NCBI GenBank assembly: GCA_045594665.1
Contig: JAZNYX010000053.1
Coordinates: forward strand, 71,833 to 135,832
Source: Clostridia bacterium
GTDB taxonomy: Bacteria; Bacillota; Clostridia; UMGS1883
Direction of reading: 5' to 3'
DNA: 64,000 bases
Positions 1 through 8,350 of this stretch are shown here, piece by piece. A program made the position numbers and the translations under genes. Each line of letters begins with the position of its first letter. Position 1 is the first letter of the stretch. The notes beneath the pieces were generated by a model. The model had not been told where the DNA came from and ran no database searches. It saw nothing but the letters and a program-made list of their open reading frames with translations.

Positions 1-594
1 CGAAGCTATCATATAAAGACCAACGGATGGAGCGATATAGCCCAGCATTTTACAATTTTCCCCGATGGGGTTATTGTGACGGGTCGCAGCATGGAAATGA
101 TTCCGGCAGGAATAAAGGGAGCAAACAGCGGTGCAATCTGCATTGAATGCTTAGGGAACTTTGACTGTGGCGGCGATAAAATGAAAGATTCGCAGAAAAA
201 TGCCATAGCAGTGGCAATAAAAATTCTTACGGATAAATTCTGTATAAATCCCAAGACGGGAGTTATATACCATAGCTGGTGGACTTCCGACGGAAAGAAA
301 ATCGGGGACTATGATGCCAAAAAATCTTCAAAAACCTGCCCCGGCACAAACTTTTTCGGGGGAAGCAGCCGCAGTGCCTTTGAAAAAAATCTGCTTCCGC
401 TGATAGTAAATGCACAGTGCACAGTGCACAGTGCGGAATTAAAAGAAGTGGAATCAATCAATGACATTGTATGGGAGATTGCTAATGCAGGCATAATTAC
501 GGACAGTAATCTTTGGATGAAAAAATGTAAAGAGGATAATAACGTATATTGGCTGTGCAGAAAAATGGCGAACTATTTAAGAGGCACATTATAA
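1..594 (+). CDS. N-acetylmuramoyl-L-alanine amidase (Amidase_2/PGRP-like), 5' end outside window
   Basis: Frame is open from base 1: SYHIKTNGWSDIAQHFTIFPDG..GR..AGIKGANSGAICIECLGNFD..YHSW..KTCPG, typical Amidase_2 motifs. Confidence 0.85.
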   Translation, partial: RSYHIKTNGWSDIAQHFTIFPDGVIVTGRSMEMIPAGIKGANSGAICIECLGNFDCGGDKMKDSQKNAIAVAIKILTDKFCINPKTGVIYHSWWTSDGKKIGDYDAKKSSKTCPGTNFFGGSSRSAFEKNLLPLIVNAQCTVHSAELKEVESINDIVWEIANAGIITDSNLWMKKCKEDNNVYWLCRKMANYLRGTL

Positions 595-596
595 AA

Positions 597-635
597 GAAT
601 GAGGCGGAAAAAGTCAAACTTTTTCCGCCTCATTC
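597..635. terminator. Bidirectional intrinsic terminator between convergent genes
   Basis: GAATGAGGCGGAAAAAGT-caa-ACTTTTTCCGCCTCATTC perfect inverted repeat. Confidence 0.8.
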
Positions 636-636
636 T

Positions 637-1452
637 CTATTTCTTAACTATCTTCCCAAACAAGGTTGCCACTATAAACACTGCCAGATTTGTTACCACC
701 ACACTGGCACCTACGGGGATTTCCATTGAGTAGGAGAACACAATTCCTAAAAAGAAGCAGATAATACTGATTAATGCACTGCATATTATCACTCCCTTAA
801 AGAAGCGACAGATACGCATTGCACTTAGGGCAGGGAATATTATCAGGCTTGATATGAGAAGAGCTCCCATAATACGCATTCCCAATACAATTGTAATTGC
901 AGTAAGAACGGCTACCGTCATATTATAAATATTCACCTTAACGCCTGTGGCACGGCTGAAATTTTCGTCAAAGGTAATGGCGAAAATCCTGTTGTAAAAA
1001 AGCACATATGCCAAGATAACCACAATTGAGAGAATAATGCTTACAATTACATCATCACGGCTCATTGCAAGTATGCTTCCGAACATATAATTGCAAATAT
1101 CGGTGTTAATTCCGGTTGTTACGGATGTGATTATAATTCCCACAGCAAGTGCCGCAGATGAGAAAACGGCTATTGCCGCATCTCCGCCCAAGGAGCTTTG
1201 CTCGCTGAGCCGAAGAAGAAAGAACGCTGCCACTATCACTATAGGCACGGAGACCATTAGCGGAGCCATATTAAGTGCCGCCGCAACGGCAAGAGCACCA
1301 AAAGAAACATGGCTGAGACCGTCGCCTATCATACTGTAGCGTTTTAATACCAAACTTACCCCCAGCATTGATGAGCAAAGACTTACCAGTATTCCGACTA
1401 TCACAGCCCTTGTTATAAACGAATATGAAAAAAGAGTGATTATAGTATCCAT
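637..1452 (-). CDS. znuB: Zn/Mn ABC transporter permease
   Basis: GDGLSHVSFGA and YMFGSILA motifs, multi-TM; start taken at MDTII just after the ATPase stop. Confidence 0.88.
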   Translation of the reverse strand: MDTIITLFSYSFITRAVIVGILVSLCSSMLGVSLVLKRYSMIGDGLSHVSFGALAVAAALNMAPLMVSVPIVIVAAFFLLRLSEQSSLGGDAAIAVFSSAALAVGIIITSVTTGINTDICNYMFGSILAMSRDDVIVSIILSIVVILAYVLFYNRIFAITFDENFSRATGVKVNIYNMTVAVLTAITIVLGMRIMGALLISSLIIFPALSAMRICRFFKGVIICSALISIICFFLGIVFSYSMEIPVGASVVVTNLAVFIVATLFGKIVKK

Positions 1453-1453
1453 T

Positions 1454-2131
1454 TTATTCCTCTTTTCTGTAATCATCGGCACTTCCGTAGAAATAAGTAT
1501 CACTTCCGCAAAGATTAAGCACATGCTTTGCAAGGTGAAGCGACTTATTTATATCGTGGGATATCATTATTACGCTCATGCCCGACTGATTGATTTTTTT
1601 AATTGAATCGTAAAATTCCGCTGTGGAGCTTTGGTCAAGTCCTGAAACAGGCTCGTCGAGCAGAATCAGCTTTTGAGCCGCACACAAAGCCCTTGCAAGA
1701 AGTACCCTCTGAATCTGTCCTCCCGATAAATTGCGGAAGCACGAATTTTTTAAATCATATATCGAAAGAAGCTCCATATTTTTTCTTGCAGCTTCTTTTT
1801 CCTTTTTTGTATAAAAGGGGCGGATTCCCATTTTGTTAAGACAGCCCGAAAGCACAACCTCCCATACGGAGGCGGGAAAATCCTTTTGTATAACCTGCGA
1901 TTGGGGTAAATAACCGATTTCCTTTTGCTTTAAATCGGGAGAAAACACAATCTCCCCGCGTGAGTGAGCCTTAAGTCCCAACAGTGCCTTTACAAGGGAG
2001 CTTTTTCCGCTTCCGTTTTCCCCGAAAATTACAAGGAAATCGTCGTCCTCAACATTGAAGCTGACATTCTCAATAATGTTTTTGCCATCATACGAAATGG
2101 CAAGATTCTTTACCGTTATAAGGTTATTCAT
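1454..2131 (-). CDS. znuC: Zn/Mn ABC transporter ATP-binding protein
   Basis: Walker A GENGSGKS, LSGGQIQR, LLDEP, IGYLPQ; start MNNLITV after AGGAG. Confidence 0.88.
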   Translation of the reverse strand: MNNLITVKNLAISYDGKNIIENVSFNVEDDDFLVIFGENGSGKSSLVKALLGLKAHSRGEIVFSPDLKQKEIGYLPQSQVIQKDFPASVWEVVLSGCLNKMGIRPFYTKKEKEAARKNMELLSIYDLKNSCFRNLSGGQIQRVLLARALCAAQKLILLDEPVSGLDQSSTAEFYDSIKKINQSGMSVIMISHDINKSLHLAKHVLNLCGSDTYFYGSADDYRKEE

Positions 2132-2531
2132 AGCTGCACTCCTCCTTATTGCAATTCTCGCACAGCCCATACATTACCGTGCGGCGGTTGTCCACCTTGA
2201 ATTTGTGGTGCTCCATAATGTGGGGCGCAATGCTCATAAGAAATTCACAGTCAACATGAAAAAGAGTGCCGCAGGAGGTGCATTTAAGGTGAAAATGGTC
2301 ACCGTGACAATCTGTGCTATACTGGTAACAAGCACCCTTGTCCGTAATATATTTTTTCAGCATGCCGCTTCCTACAAGCTTGTCAAGCCTTCTGTAAACG
2401 GTTGCGGTGCTGATTTTTTCTCCACGGCTTGCAAGCTCATTTACAATATCTTTTGCAGTAATATGTCCGCTGTTTGATTTGATAAAATCAATAATGGCGG
2501 CTTTTTGTTTTGTTTCATAATCCGATTTCAT
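2124..2531 (-). CDS. zur: Fur-family regulator, probably Zur
   Basis: STATVYRRL helix, HFHLKCTSCG and C-terminal CENC; heads a metal ABC operon. Confidence 0.8.
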   Translation of the reverse strand: MKSDYETKQKAAIIDFIKSNSGHITAKDIVNELASRGEKISTATVYRRLDKLVGSGMLKKYITDKGACYQYSTDCHGDHFHLKCTSCGTLFHVDCEFLMSIAPHIMEHHKFKVDNRRTVMYGLCENCNKEECSYE

Positions 2532-2552
2532 ATTTATCACCCTTTGTGAATT

Positions 2553-2595
2553 TGAAAATCATTCTCATATTACAACAAAATATGGATTTTGTCAA
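2553..2595 (-). promoter_or_regulatory. sigma-A promoter of the zur operon with overlapping Fur/Zur-type box
   Basis: TTGACA(2595-2590)-17-TAATAT(2572-2567); 7-1-7 near-palindrome TGAAAAT-C-ATTCTCA at 2553-2567. Confidence 0.7.
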
Positions 2596-2632
2596 GCGTT
2601 AAGAAATCGTTTATTATTTTTTGATTATTTAC

Positions 2633-2661
2633 TTGATATTTTATGGAGATTGTGTTACAAT
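2633..2661 (+). promoter_or_regulatory. sigma-A promoter with extended -10
   Basis: TTGATA-17-TACAAT with TG extension. Confidence 0.7.
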
Positions 2662-2667
2662 AACTTT

Positions 2668-2877
2668 GCTAAACATAACTTAATATAATTAGGAAGTAGG
2701 AATATTTTATTTATAAGAATAATATATTCTCTTTTTCCCATACTATTTTTGACTTTGCAAAAAATGCGAATTCCATTAAATAGTATGGTAGAAATCCTGC
2801 TTCTATTTAAGTTATGTTTAGCGACAATCGGAGTTTGCGTTTTTCAGCGCATTAACTTCGGTTGGTGCGCTTTTTTT
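2668..2877 (+). ncRNA. Unassigned structured RNA, copy A (long rod plus antiterminator/terminator module)
   Basis: GCTAAACATAACTTAA(2668-2683) pairs with TTAAGTTATGTTTAGC(2807-2822) around nested stems; motif TGCGTTTTTCAGCGCAT 2836-2852; terminator 2846-2877. Confidence 0.7.
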
Positions 2878-2912
2878 ATTTACATAAGATAAAAAGGAAG
2901 GGGGTTATTTTG

Positions 2913-3122
2913 ATGGACATGGTTAGTGTCGTTGTTGGTGCGTTGCTTACAGGTGCAATCATCGGTGCGATTCCTGCCATTTGCGGTGCGGTTAAAGGAA
3001 AAATAAGTTTGGCTGTAATCGGATTTTTTGCATGCTTGATATCCGCTTTGGTTTTGGGAATGATATTAGCAATACCTGTATGTGCGATCTTCTTGTGGTT
3101 GATATTTAAAAAAGAAAATTAA
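2913..3122 (+). CDS. Small hydrophobic membrane protein, 69 aa, unknown function
   Basis: SD AAGGAAGGGGG; MDMVSVVVGALLTG...LWLIFKKEN is almost entirely hydrophobic; followed by its own terminator. Confidence 0.75.
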   Translation: MDMVSVVVGALLTGAIIGAIPAICGAVKGKISLAVIGFFACLISALVLGMILAIPVCAIFLWLIFKKEN

Positions 3123-3150
3123 CAAGGAAATTCCAACAATCAGTAATAAG

Positions 3151-3203
3151 CAGAAAAGAAAACATCACTTTTATAATTTGTAAAAGTGATGTTTTCTTTT
3201 CTG
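3151..3203 (+). terminator. Intrinsic terminator
   Basis: CAGAAAAGAAAACATCACTTTTA / TAAAAGTGATGTTTTCTTTTCTG inverted repeat. Confidence 0.75.
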
Positions 3204-3236
3204 ACAGTAATGCGTTTTTATTACCTATGTGCACTT

Positions 3237-3338
3237 GTAGGGGCGGATATTATCCGCCCGCGGACGAACATGAATCCCTCCGTCAGTCTTACGACTGACA
3301 CCTCCCTTTAGGCAAGGGAGGCTTTGTGGAGCCCCTAC
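3237..3338. repeat. Cluster of REP-like palindromes (GTAG type)
   Basis: GTAG-GGGCGGATA-T-TATCCGCCC, GTCAGTC-ttac-GACTGAC, CCTCCCTT-taggc-AAGGGAGG, inverted half GCCCCTAC. Confidence 0.65.
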
Positions 3339-3353
3339 ATATCGGCACCGAGG

Positions 3354-3678
3354 TTAGGTTTTTGCGGATTTTGAGCCGACTACCGAGAAATCGCTCGCAT
3401 CCTTTTCCGCTGCGTGCGAGCGATTTCAGGCGGACAGGGAATGGGTTTCCCTTTGGAGCCGGCGGTACAAAGGCTTAAAATCCGCAAAAACAAAACTTGC
3501 TATCTAAAAGATTAGGTATGGTTATTTCTTAGCCCGATAGGGAGCGGTTGGGGTTTGGGGAATCGCAACCCCAAAACTTTTGCTTCTTTTGGTTACAAAA
3601 GAAGTGGCAACCTTTCCAAGGTTCGCTTTTCGCCATTTTGGCGTTCAAAATGGCAAGCGTTCGTGCTTTCACGAAAAT
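3354..3678 (+). repeat. Structured intergenic repeat family 1, copy 1
   Basis: Closely similar to 41320-41602; structurally equivalent to 63570-63846. Confidence 0.85.
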
Positions 3679-5217
3679 TTACATAAGCGGTGCAAACAGA
3701 CGAAGAATGGCATTTCCCATTTTTCTGAAAATGTTCATCTTCGTGCAGTAATCAATTGTTATGGTTCGGCATTTTTTAAGGGTATCATTAAAATCCTCCG
3801 CTACAGAGTATACAACGGGTGCCCCCACAAAGAAAGCGGCACACTCAAAATGAAGATACAAACTGCGGTAATCAAGATTGATGCTTCCCACTATTGCCAC
3901 TTCATTGTCACAGCAGAAGGTTTTTCCGTGGATAAATCCGGGCATATATTCATACAGCTTTACACCGCATTCAATAAGTTCCTTGTAATAGCTGTACGCA
4001 ACCTCCCTTGCATACCAGTGGTCAGCCACATGGGGGCATATTATTTTCACATCCACACCGCTTTTTGCCGCATTTGCCAGTGCATTCATCATCTGATGAT
4101 CCAAAATAAGATACGGGGTAGTAATATAAACATATTTTTTTGCCCGTGAAATAATATCCATATACATAAATTCACCAGTAGGATGCTTATCCTGAGGCAT
4201 ATCGGCATATGGCATCACATATCCCGAGCTCTTTTTTTGTGACTCCTCTTTTGTAAAGGACGGCTCAAAAAGTGTAATATCTTCTTTTGCTTTCGTGGTA
4301 TGCCACCACAAATGAAGGAACATTTTCGTAAAAGAAAATGCGGCAGGACCTTTTATCATTACTGCCATATCTTTCCAATGCCCGTGAGGGTAATTGACGT
4401 TTATATATTCATCGGAAAGATTTATACCGCCCGTATATGCAACCTTTCCGTCTATAACAATAATTTTTCTGTGGTCACGGTTGTTTTGCAGTGAGGAAAT
4501 AAATGGCGTAAAGGGACTGAAAACACAGCACTTGATGCCGTATTTCTTCAAAGTCTGTGGGTACTTTTTGGGAAGAAGCGTCATGCTTCCCATACCGTCA
4601 TACATTAAGCGGACATCAATCCCTTCGGAGGCTTTTCTTTTAAGCACCTCCAAGATACTGTCCCACATTTTCCCTTCTTTCACAATAAAAAATTCCAGGA
4701 AAATATACTTCTTTGCTTTTTCAAGCTCCTTAAGAACACTTTCAAACATATCCTCGCCCACGGGAAAATACTTTGTTTCATAGCTTGGATATGCAGAAAG
4801 CCCCGATACGTTGTTAATATATCGTACTGCATTTTCCCTTTCGGGGAAATTATCCGCAATTTCCTTTAATATCCGTCCGTTCTGGGGATAATTTCGGTTG
4901 ATTTCCTTTTCTGATTTACTTAGTTTGGCAAAAAACTTTTTCGTATGCATCTGCCCCGTTATAAACAGATAGAACAGTCCGCCAAACAGCGGAAATATCA
5001 ATATGGGTACAATCCACGCCAGCTTATAGGAGGGGTCAGAATGTCGGTTTATTATGATAATAACCGTAATCAGACTGATTATTTTCAGTGCTCTGTCTAC
5101 ATAGATAAAGTAATCGCTTATACGCATTAAGCTCATCAGCATCAGAGCAAATTGCAATATGAGAAGTAAAGAAACAATTGTAACCTGACTGAACATTGCT
5201 TTCAGTAGCTTACGCAT
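3679..5217 (-). CDS. cls: Cardiolipin synthase
   Basis: Two HKD motifs (HRKIIVID, HGKTFCCD) and N-terminal TM region. Confidence 0.93.
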   Translation of the reverse strand: MRKLLKAMFSQVTIVSLLLILQFALMLMSLMRISDYFIYVDRALKIISLITVIIIINRHSDPSYKLAWIVPILIFPLFGGLFYLFITGQMHTKKFFAKLSKSEKEINRNYPQNGRILKEIADNFPERENAVRYINNVSGLSAYPSYETKYFPVGEDMFESVLKELEKAKKYIFLEFFIVKEGKMWDSILEVLKRKASEGIDVRLMYDGMGSMTLLPKKYPQTLKKYGIKCCVFSPFTPFISSLQNNRDHRKIIVIDGKVAYTGGINLSDEYINVNYPHGHWKDMAVMIKGPAAFSFTKMFLHLWWHTTKAKEDITLFEPSFTKEESQKKSSGYVMPYADMPQDKHPTGEFMYMDIISRAKKYVYITTPYLILDHQMMNALANAAKSGVDVKIICPHVADHWYAREVAYSYYKELIECGVKLYEYMPGFIHGKTFCCDNEVAIVGSINLDYRSLYLHFECAAFFVGAPVVYSVAEDFNDTLKKCRTITIDYCTKMNIFRKMGNAILRLFAPLM

Positions 5218-5232
5218 GGTAATACGCCTCCA

Positions 5233-6639
5233 TTAATCGGAAATTTCCACAGTTCTTGTAAGATCATTCCACACAACCTTTGCGTCTACTGCCTCGGCAA
5301 TAACCCTTGCCGATACGAGATTGCTTCCTCTTATATTAATCGGTGGTGCTACGGTGGGGGAAAGAACTCCGTTTACAGTAATTTCGCCTGTTGGACTTAC
5401 GGTAACTATGCGTTCCTCTTTCGTGCAGGTGACAAGCCCTGTTAAGCCGTCCCACTCTACAGTATACCCCATAAGCTCCATTAATGTACGCAGAGGGAGA
5501 TAAGTTCTTTCATAATGAATAATGGGTACGGCGTTATCAAAATATACCTTTTCTCCGTTATAGCTTACATAAACAACGGTGCTGAAGGGCATTTCCATAT
5601 ACTCTGCGTATTTTTGAGAGTAGGAATCCTTAACGCCATGAAGTGTCAGGTTAACGCATCCTGCAAAGGCATATTCGTCAATCCATTCCACGCTGAAAGG
5701 AATATTTACAACTCTCAGCTCACTGCAACCTCCGAAAGCCATGGAATCAATATAGATTATACTTTCGGGAAGCTTAACGCTTTTAAGCTTATCATTTGCT
5801 ATAAACGCACCGCTTCCTATAGCGGTGATTCCCTCGGGAAGCTCGGGGTGTATACTGCTTCCTTTATAGGAAATCAGAATCCCGTTTACGCAAACAAAGT
5901 CACTTTGCTGATTATACATCCACACCGTATCGTCAAAAGCACCTGCCCCTATATGGGAAACAGAGGGGGGGATGATGATTTTTTCAAGGCTGTAGCAATG
6001 AACAAACGCGTTTTCTTCAATCTTCTGAAGCGTAGAGGGCAGGATTACCTCTTTTATGGTTGTATTGTATGCAAATGCATTTGCGGCAATGCTTCTGATT
6101 CCTTCGGGAACGGTAACGCTTTCGGAGGAACCGTTATATTTAATAAGGGTTGTTCCCCCAAGCATTACAAATTCACTGTCAGAGCCTGTCATCCAAAGCG
6201 TATTGTTAAAAGCATCAGGCTCAATATTGTCAAGGAAACCGTCAAAAGAAACTTGTGCAAGAGAACTACAGCCTGCAAATGCACCGCTTCCTATATATGA
6301 AACTGAAGCACCGATTTGAACGCTTGTAAGCTTTGGACATGATGCAAAGGCTTTTGACGCGATTGTGCTGATTCCGTCAGGAATACTGAGTGTTTCAAGG
6401 GTGGGAGAACCTGCGAACGCCCCCGGACCTATTGAAACTACATTGTAACCGCCCAGAGAAGTAGGAATCACAAGATCCTTTGGCTCGCCTGCAAAGCCCG
6501 TTATAGTCCCCGATGCCTTATCGAGAAAGTAGAGAACGTTCCCCACTTTGTAAACGGGAATTCTCGGTGCGGCAAGCACACTTATCTGACTTGTTACAAG
6601 AATAAGAAAAGCAATTATAATTGCACGGATTTTCTTCAT
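5233..6639 (-). CDS. Secreted BspA-like leucine-rich repeat protein with C-terminal copper amine oxidase N-terminal (stalk) domain
   Basis: Signal peptide MKKIRAIIIAFL..; repeated IGxxAFxxCxxL; C-terminal RTYLPLR..MGYTVEWD. Confidence 0.85.
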   Translation of the reverse strand: MKKIRAIIIAFLILVTSQISVLAAPRIPVYKVGNVLYFLDKASGTITGFAGEPKDLVIPTSLGGYNVVSIGPGAFAGSPTLETLSIPDGISTIASKAFASCPKLTSVQIGASVSYIGSGAFAGCSSLAQVSFDGFLDNIEPDAFNNTLWMTGSDSEFVMLGGTTLIKYNGSSESVTVPEGIRSIAANAFAYNTTIKEVILPSTLQKIEENAFVHCYSLEKIIIPPSVSHIGAGAFDDTVWMYNQQSDFVCVNGILISYKGSSIHPELPEGITAIGSGAFIANDKLKSVKLPESIIYIDSMAFGGCSELRVVNIPFSVEWIDEYAFAGCVNLTLHGVKDSYSQKYAEYMEMPFSTVVYVSYNGEKVYFDNAVPIIHYERTYLPLRTLMELMGYTVEWDGLTGLVTCTKEERIVTVSPTGEITVNGVLSPTVAPPINIRGSNLVSARVIAEAVDAKVVWNDLTRTVEISD

Positions 6640-6760
6640 TTGAATCACCTCTTAAATTAAGAATCCCCGATATTATAGCATATTTACGCCTTTTTGTCAA
6701 ATTGAGAACTTCCGACATATTATGTAATGGACTAAAAACAATTCATCGTCAAGTTAATTT

Positions 6761-6787
6761 GTAGGGGAGGGCCTCTGCGCCCTCCCG
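6761..6787. repeat. GTAG-type REP palindrome
   Basis: GTAG-GGGAGGGC-ctctgc-GCCCTCCC. Confidence 0.65.
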
Positions 6788-6823
6788 TGGTCAAAATCAA
6801 AAATATACCTAAGGAGTGTTTAT

Positions 6824-7564
6824 ATGCCAAGAATATATTTAAGTCCCTCCACCCAGGAGGGCAACATGTACGTTATCGGCGGAAGTGAGGAATACTATAT
6901 GAACCTTGTTGCCGATGCCATGATACCTTATCTGCTTTCGAGCGGAATCCAATATACCAGAAACAGCCCCGGGATGACTGCATCCCAGGCAATCAGGCAG
7001 TCAAACAGCGGAAATTACGATTTGCACCTGGCACTTCATTCAAACGCCGCACCGGAAGGGCAGTACGGAACATATACAGGTGTGGACGTTTATTATTCTC
7101 CCATAAGCATACGGGGAAGGCGTGCAGCGGATATTTTTGTCCGCAATCTAAAAAGCATTTATCCCAATCCCTCCAAGGTAAGGGCAATCACAACCACAAC
7201 TATAGGCGAAGTAACTCAGACAAGAGCACCCGCAGTATTTTTGGAACTTGGGTATCACGACAACGTGGGCGATGCAAACTGGGTTGCCGACAACATTGAA
7301 AGAATTGCCCGAAACCTTGTGCTTTCACTTACGGAGTATTTCGGAATACCCTTTGTAGAGCCCATGACTCCCCGTATGGGAACTGTTTCACTTAGCAGCG
7401 GAACTCTTAACCTAAGGTCACGTCCGTCACGGACTTCAAGAGTAATTACCGGGATTCCCAACGGTGCGGTATTAACCGTTGTGGGACAATGGCAGGATTG
7501 GTACGTTGTAAACTACAGGGGGCTTGTGGGCTACGTTGCCTCTCAGTATGTAAGATTGATGTAA
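6824..7564 (+). CDS. N-acetylmuramoyl-L-alanine amidase (Amidase_3) with C-terminal SH3b domain
   Basis: IYLSPS, LALHSNA, AVFLELGYHDN; C-terminal LNLRSRPS..WYVVNYRGLVGYV. Confidence 0.88.
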   Translation: MPRIYLSPSTQEGNMYVIGGSEEYYMNLVADAMIPYLLSSGIQYTRNSPGMTASQAIRQSNSGNYDLHLALHSNAAPEGQYGTYTGVDVYYSPISIRGRRAADIFVRNLKSIYPNPSKVRAITTTTIGEVTQTRAPAVFLELGYHDNVGDANWVADNIERIARNLVLSLTEYFGIPFVEPMTPRMGTVSLSSGTLNLRSRPSRTSRVITGIPNGAVLTVVGQWQDWYVVNYRGLVGYVASQYVRLM

Positions 7565-7654
7565 ATTTAGTGTAAATATACTTGATATCTCTTAAAATAT
7601 GTCGTATAATGTATTATATTAATGCTCGGACAGACATATTTAAGGAGTGGTTAT

Positions 7655-8350
7655 ATGCCTTTTGTAATAGCTATAGTTATGATAGTTGTGTTCTTTCTTC
7701 TTACCGCACGTGCAAACCGTGTTCCCAAAACGGGCAGGGATGCTGAGGCAAACGGAGAGAGAATCACCGCAATTATAACAAACCGCAACAAAGCTGCGGA
7801 AAAAGCCGTGTGGCTTCGTGCAGTATCACCGGACGGAAGAAAACTCAAGGTGAAAATGAAAGCCTCCGAGGCGAAATATTGGATAAAAGGTGATGAAATA
7901 TCCATTCTCCTTTCAAAAGAAAATCCGAAGAAGTACCGTGTGCTTTTTAATGATTATTTCCGTGAAAATGAATCAAGAATCCGTGAGGAGGTCCTCGGGC
8001 ATCTTGAAAAGAATGTGAAGAAGCGCCTTGCGGCACGCTTTGTGGGATATAGCGATAAAACTCTCAGAGCTTTCAAAATGTGCAGTGTTGATACCCACAA
8101 TATTTTCATGTTTACAACCTTCATGCGTATGATTGATTTTTACAGCATTGTGGCAATTGTTATGGTTGCTTCCTTTGTGGGTTGGTTTATTACAAAGGCT
8201 CCCACCATGGGAGTGATGTTTGTACCGCTTGCGGTAGTGCTGATACTCATAATGCTTCTTAAAGGCTCCATTGATTTTTGCAAGAGAATTAAAGACGAAG
8301 TTATAAAGTCTGCTAAAATGAATAAAGCAAAGCAAATGAAGGAGATGTAA
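7655..8350 (+). CDS. Hypothetical membrane protein
   Basis: AAGGAG SD; N-terminal TM, basic soluble region, two C-terminal TM helices; TTGATA..TATAAT promoter upstream. Confidence 0.7.
   Translation: MPFVIAIVMIVVFFLLTARANRVPKTGRDAEANGERITAIITNRNKAAEKAVWLRAVSPDGRKLKVKMKASEAKYWIKGDEISILLSKENPKKYRVLFNDYFRENESRIREEVLGHLEKNVKKRLAARFVGYSDKTLRAFKMCSVDTHNIFMFTTFMRMIDFYSIVAIVMVASFVGWFITKAPTMGVMFVPLAVVLILIMLLKGSIDFCKRIKDEVIKSAKMNKAKQMKEM

Noticed and set aside
3548-4149. Plus-strand ORFs starting in repeat family 1
   Set aside because: They start in a non-coding repeat, run antisense to cls and show no transposase motifs
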